Source: an uncultured Verrucomicrobiae bacterium (lineage in GTDB: Bacteria; Verrucomicrobiota; Verrucomicrobiia; Chthoniobacterales; UBA10450). From it: a stretch of 64,000 bases of DNA. Shown here one piece after another: positions 10,557 to 22,131 of this stretch. Location of the stretch: NCBI GenBank assembly GCA_963815455.1, contig CAWFGO010000001.1, forward strand, positions 288,001 through 352,000. The letters run 5' to 3'. The notes beneath the pieces were generated by a model. That model saw only the letters and a program-made list of their open reading frames with translations. It was not told where the DNA came from and made no database searches. Both the position numbers and the translations under genes were made by a program. Positions within the stretch are counted from its first letter, which is position 1. Each line of letters opens with the position of its first letter.

Positions 10557-11834
10557 CTAGAACTGGCCTTCCAGCGAATCGAGATAGGCCGAAAGCGCGT
10601 CTCGCCGTCGCGGGACCGGAGCGAGCGATTCGCCCGCCGCTTTCAGATAATCCGCGAACGTTTCGCTCGTTGCTTTCGATTGAGTCGCCTCGAACCAATT
10701 CAGATAATCTTCGATCTCGCTCATCCGAGCGGTCAGCTCGGCGCGGGTCGTTTTCAAACGGGCGAGGCGCTCGGATAATTTTCGCCGTTTTCCCGAAACG
10801 AGCAGTGTTGCAATGCGCTGATAATCGAGGACGATCGGCCGCATGACCGGATTGGCCCGGGCGCCCAGCAACAGCAGTTCCCCGCTCAATCGATCAAGCG
10901 CGATCTTTTCCGCCGGGGAAAGTTTTCGCCGCAGAAAATCGCTTAGCTCTGTCGTGCGGGCTGATGCTCCCGTTCCGGCGATTTTGATGCGCAGTAGTTT
11001 GCCGAGTTGCTGCTCAGTTTCATCAAACCCGAGCAATTGAGAATTCCGCGTGGCGCTCAGTCGAGCCACTCTCGATTGCCAAATCTCGTCCACATCGCCG
11101 CTTAACAATGGAAACTGTTTTCTCAGATCGGCCAGTGGATCGCTGGAGGCGCTCGAGAGATTGTCGATGTAGCGGAGGAGCCGTGAGGAACCATCGGTTC
11201 CCTCGAGGAGCAATTGCACGAATGCGAATGAGTAGGCGCGATAGAGCGTTCGTCCCGGAGAATCGAGCAATGCGGGACGCTGCCGGAGAAATTCCTCCAG
11301 CGGCATGATTTTTCTGGAGAGAGCAAGCGCCTGGATCAATGGCTGTTGATCCCGGCCGGGTGTGAGCGCCAGCACGCCATCGAGCAACCAGTCGGGCGGT
11401 TCCACGTAAACCGAGCCGGGAGCGATGTTCGCTTCGCTCCGGTAAATCATTTCCAGCAAAATCGCGCGGAGCAATTCACGTTCGATCAGTGAAGCATCGG
11501 CGTCTTGTCCGACAGTGAGATCCAGTTGCAGCTTCAGCCCGGAACCGGTCTGGCTGAACCGCAATTCGGCGCTTGGCAATTCCGGAACGTTCGCCTGCGG
11601 CGATTGCAAATTGACCACGATTGGCGTTTTCCACCGGTCCGGCTGCCCCAGTATCTTGAGCAGGTTGGCCTTGGTCTGTTCCGCGATCTGGGAAACGGCG
11701 CCCCGCCGGGTCGTATTCGCGCCATAAATGACGAACTGGCGCGACGGACTGACGCTGTGGTCCGGAAGCGCAGCCGGGAGCGGATGGCAAATTAGGATCG
11801 ACAATAAGAGAAGCGAACCGCGATTCATCAGCAT
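10557..11834 (-). CDS. Secreted hypothetical protein
   Basis: 425-aa ORF with signal peptide. Confidence 0.8.
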   Translation of the reverse strand: MLMNRGSLLLLSILICHPLPAALPDHSVSPSRQFVIYGANTTRRGAVSQIAEQTKANLLKILGQPDRWKTPIVVNLQSPQANVPELPSAELRFSQTGSGLKLQLDLTVGQDADASLIERELLRAILLEMIYRSEANIAPGSVYVEPPDWLLDGVLALTPGRDQQPLIQALALSRKIMPLEEFLRQRPALLDSPGRTLYRAYSFAFVQLLLEGTDGSSRLLRYIDNLSSASSDPLADLRKQFPLLSGDVDEIWQSRVARLSATRNSQLLGFDETEQQLGKLLRIKIAGTGASARTTELSDFLRRKLSPAEKIALDRLSGELLLLGARANPVMRPIVLDYQRIATLLVSGKRRKLSERLARLKTTRAELTARMSEIEDYLNWFEATQSKATSETFADYLKAAGESLAPVPRRRDALSAYLDSLEGQF

Positions 11835-11975
11835 CCTCGATCAAAGAATAGCCGCGGCGGGAGCCACATCGCCAGCAAAAGAATCTACAGGCGAAACTCT
11901 CGCGCGTTTGAGGTGTGTAATCCCCAGAGAGCCGGCAGGCTCGCACAGGGTAAGAGGGTGAGTCTGCCGGCTTCG

Positions 11976-12728
11976 CTATTGCAGCGGCACCGGCGCAGTC
12001 AGGACGACAAATTTGTCGTGAAACTCGATGGCGCCCATCTTGGAGACCAACTTGTATTCACGATCCAACGCAGACCAGACATCACTAAAAATAATATCGA
12101 TGAACTGCATTAAGAGCGGATGAATCGGGAGCCGCCCAATGCCGCCGCCATTGCTCGACACTACTGGCTTGCCGTCACCGATCCGGACCGAATAACTCGC
12201 GGTGGTATAAACCGAAAATCCGAAAACAGAGCGCTCCACCGTGATGGCGCAACTGCCCTCCCGAAATTGGGCAATCGCGCTCTCAAACATCAGGAACGGC
12301 TTGTTCAACTTCGATCGCTTGGTTTTTAGCGCGGATTGCAAGTGATTGTTCACTTGTTTCTCGGTGTACTGCAATTGAACCGGGGCATGACGAAGAATTG
12401 CGTTCTCCAAATCGAAGTTGATCTGCGAGAGAATGAGGTCGCCTGTCTTCGGGGGCGGAGGAAGATCCGGCGGCAAAATCATTTGCACCACAGCCGCCAC
12501 CGCGCACGCCCCGAGGACCATTTTGCAGAATCGAAAAAACTTGAGACGAAGTTTCAACGCCGTTGGATCAAACAGCTTGCGCACACGACGCTGCGTCTGC
12601 TTTAGGCTTTCCTTCTGCGAAACTCGCGACGCACCGGCGGAACGCTCGAGCTTGGTCCCGCAGCTGTGACAGTAGATGCGCTCAGACTCGTTCTCGTGCT
12701 GGCACTCGGGACAAATCAGTTTAATCAC
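11976..12728 (-). CDS. Zinc-ribbon domain membrane protein
   Basis: CPEC...CHSCG at the N-terminus; one TM. Confidence 0.8.
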   Translation of the reverse strand: MIKLICPECQHENESERIYCHSCGTKLERSAGASRVSQKESLKQTQRRVRKLFDPTALKLRLKFFRFCKMVLGACAVAAVVQMILPPDLPPPPKTGDLILSQINFDLENAILRHAPVQLQYTEKQVNNHLQSALKTKRSKLNKPFLMFESAIAQFREGSCAITVERSVFGFSVYTTASYSVRIGDGKPVVSSNGGGIGRLPIHPLLMQFIDIIFSDVWSALDREYKLVSKMGAIEFHDKFVVLTAPVPLQ

Positions 12729-13081
12729 GCGCCGGATTCCTTCTTTGTTTTGCTGGGGCTGGTCGATGTCGATGTTGCGGGTGCAGTCTTGCCGCTGGTC
12801 TCTTTCGCGGGCGTCGATTTATCTCCACCGCTCGCGGCAGCCGGCGCCTCTTTCTTGGCCGCTTCTTTGTAAGAATTACTCCGATAATCGGTTATGTAAA
12901 ACCCGGACCCCTTGAAGATCAGACCCGCGCCGGTCCCGAGGAGGCGTTTCACTTTCCCGTGGCCCCATTTCGGCAACCGGCAGAGCTCTTTCGGACACTC
13001 CTTAAACGGCTCGTCCCGCATGGATTGAAACGTCTCGAAATTCTGGCCGCACTTCTGGCAGGCATACTCGTAAGTGGGCAT
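12725..13081 (-). CDS. FmdB-family zinc-ribbon regulatory protein
   Basis: MPTYEYACQKCG...CP...IFKGSGFYITDY. Confidence 0.9.
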   Translation of the reverse strand: MPTYEYACQKCGQNFETFQSMRDEPFKECPKELCRLPKWGHGKVKRLLGTGAGLIFKGSGFYITDYRSNSYKEAAKKEAPAAASGGDKSTPAKETSGKTAPATSTSTSPSKTKKESGA

Positions 13082-13263
13082 GATCGGTGAAATTATCGGC
13101 CGGCGAAGATGGCCGGAAGTCTGCATGAAACAAAGCACAATTCAAGCCGGAGCAAACTTCGTGCAGAGCGGGCTTTTTACGCGAAGTTCATTACCTGGCC
13201 GGACGCTGTCGATCCCTTGACTTTGCCTCGCTTGCGAATTAGGAAATTCGTCCGAAAAAATTT

Positions 13264-13878
13264 ATGTTTTCATCGTTTTATCGCACATTGGCAGTTCCGT
13301 TTTTCGCGGCCCTGGTGGTCTTCCTGGCCGGTTGTGAGTCGAACGATCCGCGGTTCTCCACTCAGACCCAATATTTGGGTGGTACGCATGGGACCTCTCC
13401 GGCTCCGGGCGCACCCCAGGACAACATTTCTTACTGGGATGGCGACGGCGCTGGAGGAAAACCATCGATCAAAATCAGCCTGGGCGAGCAACGCGCTTAT
13501 TTCTACAAGAGCGGCGCGCTGGTGGGCATCTCCCAGCTCTCCACCGGCCGGGAGGGTTTGAACACGCCCCACGGCAAATTTTCCGTCATCCAGAAGGACA
13601 TCAACCACGTCTCGAGTCTGTATGGCGACTATGTTGATGCGGCAGGCAACGTGGTGAAGGCCAATGTCGATGTAAACAAGGACCCGAAACCGCCCGGCAC
13701 CCATTTCAAGGGCGCGCCGATGCCTTACTTCATGCGCGTGACCCAAGGCATCGGTCTTCACGCCGGTTATCTTCCCGGGTTTCCAGCTTCACATGGCTGC
13801 ATTCGAATGCCGGAGTTCATGGCCGAAAGCTTCTTCAAGTCCGTCTCGGTCGGAACGCCGGTCACGATTACAAATTAG
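13264..13878 (+). CDS. L,D-transpeptidase (YkuD) family lipoprotein
   Basis: Lipobox LAGC; GLHAG...ASHGCIRM. Confidence 0.9.
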   Translation: MFSSFYRTLAVPFFAALVVFLAGCESNDPRFSTQTQYLGGTHGTSPAPGAPQDNISYWDGDGAGGKPSIKISLGEQRAYFYKSGALVGISQLSTGREGLNTPHGKFSVIQKDINHVSSLYGDYVDAAGNVVKANVDVNKDPKPPGTHFKGAPMPYFMRVTQGIGLHAGYLPGFPASHGCIRMPEFMAESFFKSVSVGTPVTITN

Positions 13879-13953
13879 AATGCTTACCCGGGCAGTGTCT
13901 GGGCTTGCAGAAATTTTTTCCCGGCGGCATGCTCGATGTCTGCCAGCCGAAAT

Positions 13954-14967
13954 ATGATCGTCATCACGCAACCAAACGCCACCGAGGCCCAGATCAACCG
14001 GATCGTTGCGCGGGTGCGCGAGCTCGGTCTCGACGCCCAAATCAGCCGGGGCGCGTCGCGGGTGATCATCGGGGTGATCGGCCCCGAAGCGCTTCTGCGG
14101 GAGAAGCCGCTCGCCGCCATGCCGGGTGTGGAGGCGATCGTTCCCGTGTTCACACCCTACAAGCTGGCCTCGCGCGACTCGCGAACGGCGTCATCGGTCG
14201 CCGTCGGAGACGTGAGAATCGGCGGGAACGAAAACGTCGTCCTGATTTCCGGACCGTGCTCGGTCGAAAGCAGCGAACAGATTTTATCGATCGCCAAGAC
14301 CGTCAAACAGTCGGGCGCGAAAATTCTCAGGGGCGGCGCCTTTAAGCCGCGCACCTCGCCCTACAGTTTCCAGGGTCTGCGCGAAGACGGCCTTCGTTTC
14401 CTCGCGGAGGCGCGCGCCGAAACCGGTCTTCCCGTCATCACCGAAATCATGGACGCCCGCGATTTGCCCATGATCGAGAAATACGCGGATTGTTTGCAGG
14501 TCGGCACGCGCAACATGCAAAATTTTTCGCTGTTGAAGGAATTGGGCCGGAGCCGGTTGCCGGTTCTGCTTAAGCGCGGATTCAGCGCCACCGTTAACGA
14601 ATTGATCATGAGCGCGGAATACATCTTGAGCGAAGGCAACATGAATGTGCTCCTTTGCGAACGCGGCATTCGCAGCTTCGAGCCGGCGACGCGCTACACC
14701 CTGGACCTCAGCGCCGTCCCAATTCTCCGATCCAAAACGCATCTGCCATTGATTGTCGATCCAACCCACGCCATCGGAGTGCGCGACTTTGTTCCGCAAA
14801 TGTCGCTGGCCGCTCTCGCCGCCGGGGCCGACGCGCTCATGATCGAGGTGCACGACTCACCCGAGCTGGCCAAGAGCGACGGTGAGCAAGCGCTCACCCC
14901 GGCAATGTTCGCCGATCTCGTTCCGCGGTTACGGGCCGTGGCTGCCGCCATCGGGCGCAAGTTGTAA
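13954..14967 (+). CDS. aroF: 3-deoxy-7-phosphoheptulonate (DAHP) synthase, type I-beta
   Basis: GPCSVES, RGGAFKPRTSPYSFQG, LLKRG, LCERGIR. Confidence 0.95.
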   Translation: MIVITQPNATEAQINRIVARVRELGLDAQISRGASRVIIGVIGPEALLREKPLAAMPGVEAIVPVFTPYKLASRDSRTASSVAVGDVRIGGNENVVLISGPCSVESSEQILSIAKTVKQSGAKILRGGAFKPRTSPYSFQGLREDGLRFLAEARAETGLPVITEIMDARDLPMIEKYADCLQVGTRNMQNFSLLKELGRSRLPVLLKRGFSATVNELIMSAEYILSEGNMNVLLCERGIRSFEPATRYTLDLSAVPILRSKTHLPLIVDPTHAIGVRDFVPQMSLAALAAGADALMIEVHDSPELAKSDGEQALTPAMFADLVPRLRAVAAAIGRKL

Positions 14968-15114
14968 CCACAAGATTCGTCGGCGCGCTCGGAGAGAGCG
15001 CGCCCTGCCTGAAAACATTCCTGCGTTCCTGCTTTCCTTAGATATTCTCCGCGAAAATTCCCAGGCCCCGCGAGCAGGTTTTGAAGTCGCGGCGTTTTCA
15101 GCGAAAGCTCTTTT

Positions 15115-18100
15115 GTGGAAAAATCGATCCGGGTCGAGCTGTTAGAATTGGTCGAAGCGGCCGAACCGATCGCCGGCAAGTTGCGCGCGATCGGCGATGG
15201 TCGCCCGGTCACGTTTTCGCACGTGGTTGAGTCGGCCCAGTCTTTCCTCGTCGCCTCCATCGCGCGCAGAATCAACAAGACGATCTGGGTCCTTTGCCCC
15301 AGCGTTCATTCCCAGGAAATATTTTACGAAAGCCTGCTAAACTGGTGTCCAAACGCGTTGTTCCTGCCGGAAGCCGAGTTTGCCGCCGTTGAAAACATCT
15401 TGCCCGATCCGGAGATCGCCGCCGAACGGCTCGCCTTGCTCTCGCAGATCGAACGCGAAAAAGGACCGCACCTCGTTGTCGCCACCCAAGCCAGCCTGGA
15501 TCAAGCCGCGCCCGAGCGCGGCACACTGAAGTCCGCCCTCGGCCAAATTCGGAAAGGATCGGACGAGAAAATGGAGCAACTTCTCGACCGGCTCATCGAA
15601 GGAAATTATGAGCGCGTCGCCCAGGTCACGACGCGGGGGCAGTTCGCCGTGCGCGGCGGCATTGTCGATCTTTACTCGTGGCAGGCGCCGTTGCCGGTGC
15701 GCATCGAATTTTTCGGCGACCAAATCGATTCTCTGCGCGAATTCGATATCGATACCCAAACCGCGGTCCGCGAATTGAGCAGGATCGACATCCTCATCGG
15801 CGCAGCCGATCAGCAAACGGGCCGGGTCCGCGATTACGTCGCCGACGATCATCTCAAGATCGACATCGAACCGGAGGAGAATTCCAGCGCAGAAGTTCAA
15901 ATTAGCGAAGGCTGGATTGGGCAAAGCCACCGTCATCCCGAGCGAAAACGCCCGTCCGGCTCGGATCGAGGGATCCCGCTGGAAAATCGAGAGGTCGCGC
16001 CACGGGATCCTTCGACTCCGCTTCGCTCCGCTCAGGATGACATTGCGGGCGAAGATTACGCGGGCGCGTTTGTCGCCGCGGCGACCGATATTGGCGAATT
16101 CGCCATTGGCGATCTGATGCTGGTGGAAGCAAAGCGTGCGCAGCTTGTCGCACGCTTGAAAGAATGGCGGGCGAGCAAGGCCAGAATCGTCATCTATTTC
16201 CAAACCGAAGGCGAGATCGAGCGCTTTCGCGAGATTATCGACGACAAGGAAACGCTCAACGATGTCGATCTTGTCGAAGGCACTCTGGCTCACGGTTTTT
16301 GTTTTCCCGCCGCCAATCTCGTGGTGCTCTCGGCCGCGGAATTGTTTGGGCGTTTCGCCGCTCATCCACGGCGGCGTCTGCATCGAGCCGAACGTCAGCG
16401 GGCCCAGATCGATTTCAGCGAGCTGACCGAGGGCGATTACGTTGTTCACCTCGAGCACGGCGTCGGACGGTTTTTGGGTTTGATCAAACTTCCCAAGACA
16501 TCGGGAGGTGTAGAGGCGGGCGTGTCGCCCGCAAACATTTCCAAAATCGCGGCCGGCACGGCCGCCACTACACCAACGCAGGAACAAGAAGTTCTTGCGC
16601 TCGAATTCGCCGGCGAAGCCAGGCTTTACGTCCCGCTCGAGCAGGCATACCTCGTTTCGCGTTACGTCGGCGTAGGCAAGAAATCGCCGCCGCTCAGTTC
16701 GCTCGGCAATTCGAAATGGGCGCGGGCCAAAAGAGCCGCCACGGCATCCATTTTCGATTACGCGGGCAAAATGCTCGCCTTGCAAGCGGAGCGCGAGACC
16801 CATCCCGGGCACGCCTTTGGTCCCGACACCAAATGGCAAAGAGAGTTCGAGCACTCGTTCCCATTTCGCGAAACGCCCGATCAAATGAAGGCGATCGTCG
16901 ATACCAAGATCGACATGGAACGCCCGCGGCCGCTGGATCGCCTGATTTGCGGCGATGTCGGGTTTGGAAAAACCGAGGTCGCGATTCGCGCGGCGTTCAA
17001 GGCCGTGATGGAAGGCAAACAGGTCGCCGTGCTCGCGCCGACTACCGTTTTGGCCCAACAGCATTTCGAAACCTTCCGGCAGCGCATGCTCGATTACCCG
17101 GTGCGGATCGAGATGCTCAGCCGGTTTCGTTCGCAAGCGGAACAGAAAAAAGTTTTACAACTCTTGCGCGAAGGCGGCGTCGATATTGTGATCGGCACGC
17201 ATCGGCTTATCTCCGGCGACGTGCTTTTCAAGGATCTGGGTCTCGTCGTCATCGACGAGGAGCAACGCTTCGGAGTTTTGCACAAGGAAAAATTCAAGGA
17301 ACTGTTCAAACTTGTCGATGTGCTGACGCTCTCGGCCACGCCGATTCCGCGAACTCTTTATCTTTCGCTCGTGGGCGTGAAAGACATGTCCACGATCGAA
17401 ACTCCGCCGCTGAATCGGTTGCCGGTGGAAACGGTGGTCTGCGGTTACGACGAACGAATCATTCGTGACGCGATCAATCGCGAACTGGAACGCCAGGGCC
17501 AGGTTTTCTTTTTGCATAACCGGGTAATGAGCATTCAGCGCGTGCGCGATCGCATTGCCGATCTGTGCCCGCAAGCGCGAATCGAGATTGGCCACGGTCA
17601 GATGGATGCCGACGAGTTGGAAGAGGTCATGGCCCGGTTCGTGACTGGGAAGATCGACGTGCTGGTGTGCACAACGATCATTGAGAGCGGTCTCGATATT
17701 CCCAATGCCAACACGATCATCATCGATCGCGCGGACCGGTTCGGTCTGGCCGATCTTTATCAACTGCGCGGCCGAGTCGGGCGGGCCGAGCACAAGGCTT
17801 ATGCTTATCTGCTTTTGCCGCGCGAGATGATGTCGGTCGGCGCCGCCCGCAAACGGATCAATGCCATCAAGCAATACAGCTCGCTCGGGTCCGGATTTCG
17901 CATCGCCATGCGCGATCTGGAAATTCGGGGCGCGGGCAGCATTCTCGGCACGGCCCAGAGCGGTCACATCGTGGCGGTTGGTTTCGATTTATACTGCCAG
18001 TTGCTCAAACAAGCCGTCGCGCAGATCAAGGGCGACAAATTGCAACTGCGCGTCGATGTCGATCTTCGGCTCGATTTCGCGGCCACGAACGAGGCGGAGT

Positions 18101-18552
18101 TCATGCAGGAACCGAAAACGTCATCGACGGTAGAATCATCTGTAGGGGAACCTGACAGGTTCCCTAATCAAACGCGGGAAGCTTCCAACTTCCCCTACAG
18201 CCGCATCCCGGCATTTATTCCGATCGGCTACATCGGCGACACGACTCTGCGCATTCAAGCCTACCGCCACGTCGCCGAGATCGCGGCGCCCAAACAGTTG
18301 GCGCGCCTGCGCCGGGATTGGCGCGACCGCTTCGGCGCGTTCCCGCCCGCGGTTGACAATTTGTTCCTTCTCACCGAGATCAAGCTCGCCGCAGCCGAGG
18401 CCGGTATCAGCCGGGTAGAAGTAAGGGATCGGAAGGTGATGCTGACGCGGCGCGGGGATTTAATACTTGTCGGTGGCAAATTCCCCCGTTTAGTTGCAGA
18501 TAGAATCCAGGAACATCTCGGCGAACTCCTGGCACTGATAAAAAAACTATGA
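15115..18552 (+). CDS. mfd: Transcription-repair coupling factor
   Basis: [27 protein letters not shown], CarD-like and TRCF domains. Confidence 0.97.
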   Translation: MEKSIRVELLELVEAAEPIAGKLRAIGDGRPVTFSHVVESAQSFLVASIARRINKTIWVLCPSVHSQEIFYESLLNWCPNALFLPEAEFAAVENILPDPEIAAERLALLSQIEREKGPHLVVATQASLDQAAPERGTLKSALGQIRKGSDEKMEQLLDRLIEGNYERVAQVTTRGQFAVRGGIVDLYSWQAPLPVRIEFFGDQIDSLREFDIDTQTAVRELSRIDILIGAADQQTGRVRDYVADDHLKIDIEPEENSSAEVQISEGWIGQSHRHPERKRPSGSDRGIPLENREVAPRDPSTPLRSAQDDIAGEDYAGAFVAAATDIGEFAIGDLMLVEAKRAQLVARLKEWRASKARIVIYFQTEGEIERFREIIDDKETLNDVDLVEGTLAHGFCFPAANLVVLSAAELFGRFAAHPRRRLHRAERQRAQIDFSELTEGDYVVHLEHGVGRFLGLIKLPKTSGGVEAGVSPANISKIAAGTAATTPTQEQEVLALEFAGEARLYVPLEQAYLVSRYVGVGKKSPPLSSLGNSKWARAKRAATASIFDYAGKMLALQAERETHPGHAFGPDTKWQREFEHSFPFRETPDQMKAIVDTKIDMERPRPLDRLICGDVGFGKTEVAIRAAFKAVMEGKQVAVLAPTTVLAQQHFETFRQRMLDYPVRIEMLSRFRSQAEQKKVLQLLREGGVDIVIGTHRLISGDVLFKDLGLVVIDEEQRFGVLHKEKFKELFKLVDVLTLSATPIPRTLYLSLVGVKDMSTIETPPLNRLPVETVVCGYDERIIRDAINRELERQGQVFFLHNRVMSIQRVRDRIADLCPQARIEIGHGQMDADELEEVMARFVTGKIDVLVCTTIIESGLDIPNANTIIIDRADRFGLADLYQLRGRVGRAEHKAYAYLLLPREMMSVGAARKRINAIKQYSSLGSGFRIAMRDLEIRGAGSILGTAQSGHIVAVGFDLYCQLLKQAVAQIKGDKLQLRVDVDLRLDFAATNEAEFMQEPKTSSTVESSVGEPDRFPNQTREASNFPYSRIPAFIPIGYIGDTTLRIQAYRHVAEIAAPKQLARLRRDWRDRFGAFPPAVDNLFLLTEIKLAAAEAGISRVEVRDRKVMLTRRGDLILVGGKFPRLVADRIQEHLGELLALIKKL
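15932..16041. repeat. GTCATCC..GGATGAC palindromic repeat inside mfd
   Basis: Same family as copies at 41300, 42864, 53895, 54000, 60279 and 63054. Confidence 0.85.
16509..16572. repeat. GTAG-type REP doublet inside mfd
   Basis: tgtag-hairpin-spacer-hairpin-ctaca. Confidence 0.8.
18141..18199. repeat. GTAG-type REP doublet inside mfd
   Basis: tgtaggggaacc..ggttccc...gggaag..cttcccctaca. Confidence 0.8.
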
Positions 18553-19544
18553 AACGCGTGATTCGTCCTTTTGCCATGGCATCGTTGGCCGTCGCCGCGC
18601 TTGTGCTCGCGCTTGCGCCGCTTTGTCACGCAGCCTACGCCGCCGAACCGGAAGTTGTCGATGGAATCGCTGCCGTCGTGAACGGCGAGGTGGTGACATA
18701 CTCGCAGGTCCGGGTCGTGTCTGCGCCGCGGGAAAAATTGCTCCGCTCTCAGTACACCGGGGACGAACTCGCGGCCAAGATCAAGGAAGCGCGCCAGGCA
18801 GCTTTGCAGGATCTGATCGATCGGCAGCTGATCATCCAGGCGTTTAAGAAGGAGAATTATCAGGTCCCGGATCACTTTGTGGAGGAGCGGTTGCACGATA
18901 TCATCCGCGAATCGTTTGGCGGCGATCGCAACACCTTTATCAAAACGCTCGAAGCCCAAAATTATACGCTGGGCGAATTCAAGAAGATGGAAATGGAGCG
19001 CATGATCGTGCAGGCGATGCGGGGCAGAAACGTCAAGATGAACCTGATCATTCCGCCGGCGAAGGTGGAGGAATATTACAAGAAGCACATCGACGAATTC
19101 GCCGTGAAAGAACAGGTCAAACTGCGGATGATCATGATCCCGGGCAAGGCCGACACTGGCAACTCCGCCGCCCAGAAAGCGATGGCCGAGGAAGTTCTAG
19201 GAAAACTGGCCAGCGGCGCCGAGTTCGACCGCATGGCCCAGGTTTATTCGGAGGATAGCACCCGCGACTTGGGCGGCGACTGGGGCTGGATCGAACGCAA
19301 AACGCTGGCCGGTGTGCTTGAAGACGTCGCTTTTAATCTTCCGGTGGGAAAAATCAGCGGCATCATCGATTTCAGCGGCAATTATTACATCCTCAAAGTC
19401 GAAGACAAACGCGGCGGCGACACCAAATCGCTCGCCGAGGTCCGACCCGACATCGAGAAGAAATTACTTCAGTTGGAAGCTCAGAGCCTCCAGGAACGCT
19501 GGCTCACCAGCCTTCGCTCGAAAGCGTTCATCAAAACGTTCTAG
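18549..19544 (+). CDS. SurA-like parvulin peptidyl-prolyl isomerase
   Basis: VDGIAAVVNGEV; YSEDSTRDLGGDWGW. Confidence 0.9.
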   Translation: MKRVIRPFAMASLAVAALVLALAPLCHAAYAAEPEVVDGIAAVVNGEVVTYSQVRVVSAPREKLLRSQYTGDELAAKIKEARQAALQDLIDRQLIIQAFKKENYQVPDHFVEERLHDIIRESFGGDRNTFIKTLEAQNYTLGEFKKMEMERMIVQAMRGRNVKMNLIIPPAKVEEYYKKHIDEFAVKEQVKLRMIMIPGKADTGNSAAQKAMAEEVLGKLASGAEFDRMAQVYSEDSTRDLGGDWGWIERKTLAGVLEDVAFNLPVGKISGIIDFSGNYYILKVEDKRGGDTKSLAEVRPDIEKKLLQLEAQSLQERWLTSLRSKAFIKTF

Positions 19545-19752
19545 TCCTCTTCATTAAATGTTGGACGTTGGGCGTTAGGCGGTGAACGTTTGCGATTAGT
19601 GGACAGAGTATTTCAGTATTTCGTGCGGTCTATCGCCGTTCATTGTTCTCGCGGCAGTTGGATTTATCCTGAGCCTCGCCGCGCACATCCGCGCGGTTGA
19701 AGGTTTACCGACTCACGCTTGCGAGAATGCTCCGAGCTGCTGACAATGAGCG

Positions 19753-20685
19753 ATGCGACCACGCATCGGTATCACCCTAGGAGATTGCGCCGGGATTGGG
19801 CCGGAGATTGTCGATCTTGCCCTGAAGTCGGGACGTGTCCCCGATTCCGCGGAATACGTCGTCATCGGACGGCAAATCGAGTGCAAACCGGGCGCGCCTA
19901 CCGTCGAGACTGCGCGCGCGGCCGCTGCTGCGCTGGAAGAAGCGGTCACGCTCAACCGGCGCGGCGAGATCGAGGCGGTTGTCACCGGACCGGTGCACAA
20001 AGCCCGGATATATGAAGCCGGTTTCAGATTTCCCGGCCAAACCGAGTTCTTCGCCGAACGTTGCGGCGTGAAAAATTTCGCGATGTGTTTGACCGGTGGA
20101 AAAATCACCGTCGCCCTGGTCACCGCTCACATTCCGCTCAGCGAAGTCTCACGCGCGCTCAAACAATCCGAAATCGTCCGCGTCGGCCTCTTACTCGCCG
20201 ATTTCATCCAAAGCCGCCATGACCAAAAGAACTTGACCGCTTTAAGCGGTCAAGTTTCCTCGGATCGCGAAAAAACAGAAGTGAGCATCGCGGTGGCGGG
20301 GCTAAACCCACATGCCGGCGAATCGGGCAAGCTCGGCCTCGAAGAAACTAAAATCATCGCGCCGGCCGTCGCAGAGCTGAACTCGTCACTCGTCACTCGT
20401 CACTCGTCACTCGCCTTCATCGGCCCTCTTTCTCCGGACACGCTGTTCCATCGTCTTGTCGAAGGCGAATTCGACGCTGCGCTTTGCATGTATCACGATC
20501 AGGGATTGATCCCGCTGAAACTCCACGCATTTCATAGCGGCGTAAACGTGACCCTCGGCCTGCCCTTCCCTCGCACCAGTCCGGATCACGGGACTGCGTT
20601 CGATATTGCCGGCAAAAATATTGCCCGGCCTGACAGCATGATCGCCGCGATCAACCTCGCCGTTGAGTTGAGCCAAAGACAATGA
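19753..20685 (+). CDS. pdxA: 4-hydroxythreonine-4-phosphate dehydrogenase
   Basis: ITLGDCAGIGPE, GLNPHAGE, MYHDQGL, RTSPDHGTAFDIAG. Confidence 0.95.
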   Translation: MRPRIGITLGDCAGIGPEIVDLALKSGRVPDSAEYVVIGRQIECKPGAPTVETARAAAAALEEAVTLNRRGEIEAVVTGPVHKARIYEAGFRFPGQTEFFAERCGVKNFAMCLTGGKITVALVTAHIPLSEVSRALKQSEIVRVGLLLADFIQSRHDQKNLTALSGQVSSDREKTEVSIAVAGLNPHAGESGKLGLEETKIIAPAVAELNSSLVTRHSSLAFIGPLSPDTLFHRLVEGEFDAALCMYHDQGLIPLKLHAFHSGVNVTLGLPFPRTSPDHGTAFDIAGKNIARPDSMIAAINLAVELSQRQ

Positions 20686-21308
20686 GACGAATCGCTCCTT
20701 TTCACCTCGCCCTGCTGATTGGTGTCATAATCGTTATGGCATGGTCCGGTTGGCAACCGTACGATCGAATGACGTGGTGGCTCGAAATTTTGCCAGGCCT
20801 TGCCGGCTTACTCGTCCTGATCGCGACTTATCATCGATTCCGATTCACCTCGCTCTGTTACACGCTGATCGCTTTGCACATTTGTCTCCTGTGTGTGGGC
20901 GGTCATTACACTTACGCGCGGGTCCCGCTTTTTGACTGGCTACGCGAGACTTTTCATTGGCATCGCAATCATTACGATCGGCTCGGCCATTTCGCCCAGG
21001 GTTTGGTCCCGGCCATGATTGCCCGCGAAATGTTTCTCCGGCTTAACGTGATCGGGAGACGCGGTTGGATGCCGTTCCTAATCATCTGCGTGTCTCTCGC
21101 CATCAGCGCCTTCTACGAACTGATCGAATGGTGGACCGCGATGATCAGCGGCGATGCGGCGGTGAGTTTTCTCGCCACCCAGGGCGACGTTTGGGACACC
21201 CAGGAGGACATGTTCATGGCGCTGATCGGCGCGATCTGCACGCTGATTTTCCTGCGGCCGTGGCAGGATCGACAATTGAGACGGCTCCCGAGCGGGATCA
21301 CATTTTGA
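20682..21308 (+). CDS. DUF2238 (YjdF-like) membrane protein
   Basis: GGHYTYARVP, RNHYDRLGH, YELIEW, QGDVWDTQEDM. Confidence 0.9.
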   Translation: MRRIAPFHLALLIGVIIVMAWSGWQPYDRMTWWLEILPGLAGLLVLIATYHRFRFTSLCYTLIALHICLLCVGGHYTYARVPLFDWLRETFHWHRNHYDRLGHFAQGLVPAMIAREMFLRLNVIGRRGWMPFLIICVSLAISAFYELIEWWTAMISGDAAVSFLATQGDVWDTQEDMFMALIGAICTLIFLRPWQDRQLRRLPSGITF

Positions 21309-22117
21309 ATCTAACGATCGATAAATACATCTCGGTCTTCAACATCGGGCTTCAGAACACGTTCGTGTATCGCTGGAATTATTTCCTGCGCGCGCTCTTC
21401 GGTTTGATCCCGCTCGCCGGCACGGTCTTTCTCTGGAGCGCCGTGTTCAAGGAGCGCGGCGGTAGTCTGCACGGCTACGATTACGGCTCGATGATTTATT
21501 ACTATTTGCTCACCATCCTGGTCAGCAACCTGGTCACGCCGACCGAGGACGAATGGCAAATCGCCGCTGATATTCGCGAGGGCCAGATCAATTCGCTGCT
21601 GACCAAGCCGATGAGTTATCTCACTTATCGGTTCAGTATTTTTCTGAGCGGCCGGCTCGTTTACACCTTTGTCACCATCCCGCCGATCGCGCTGATCTTT
21701 CTTTATTTCCGGCATTACATCGAGCTGCCGCACGACGCGATGACCTACGTTTACGCGACGATATCGACGTTAATGGCGGCGGTGATCCAGTTTTTCATCA
21801 CTTATTCCCTGGCCATGATGGCGTTTTGGATCCTGGAAATCTCCACCATCGTTTTCATTGTTTACTCGTTCGAATATTTTCTCGGCGGCCAGATGTTTCC
21901 GATCGACATCATGCCGGCCGGTATCCAGGCCGTTATGAAATGGCTGCCGTTTTATTATGAGTTGTTCTGTCCGGTCGCGATTTTTCTCGGACGCCTTCAA
22001 GGCGTCGCACTGATGCAAGCGCTCGCCATCCAAAGCGGCTGGCTCCTTATCGCCTGGGCCTGGGCGCACTTCATGTGGAAACGCGGTCTTGGCCACTACC
22101 AGGCCGTCGGCGGATAG
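21305..22117 (+). CDS. ABC-2 family permease (DUF990-type)
   Basis: IAADIREGQINSLLTKP; GQMFPIDIMP; YQAVGG. Confidence 0.88.
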   Translation: MNLTIDKYISVFNIGLQNTFVYRWNYFLRALFGLIPLAGTVFLWSAVFKERGGSLHGYDYGSMIYYYLLTILVSNLVTPTEDEWQIAADIREGQINSLLTKPMSYLTYRFSIFLSGRLVYTFVTIPPIALIFLYFRHYIELPHDAMTYVYATISTLMAAVIQFFITYSLAMMAFWILEISTIVFIVYSFEYFLGGQMFPIDIMPAGIQAVMKWLPFYYELFCPVAIFLGRLQGVALMQALAIQSGWLLIAWAWAHFMWKRGLGHYQAVGG

Positions 22118-22131
22118 GCTCAACGAATCGA

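Noticed and set aside
15337..17468. Long alternative-frame and antisense ORFs over mfd (599 aa, 434 aa) and similar ones elsewhere
   Set aside because: Shadow ORFs expected in GC-rich coding DNA; no recognisable motifs.
19600..19752. Possible membrane-protein fragment between surA and pdxA
   Set aside because: Short hydrophobic stretch without a clear start; cannot be supported.
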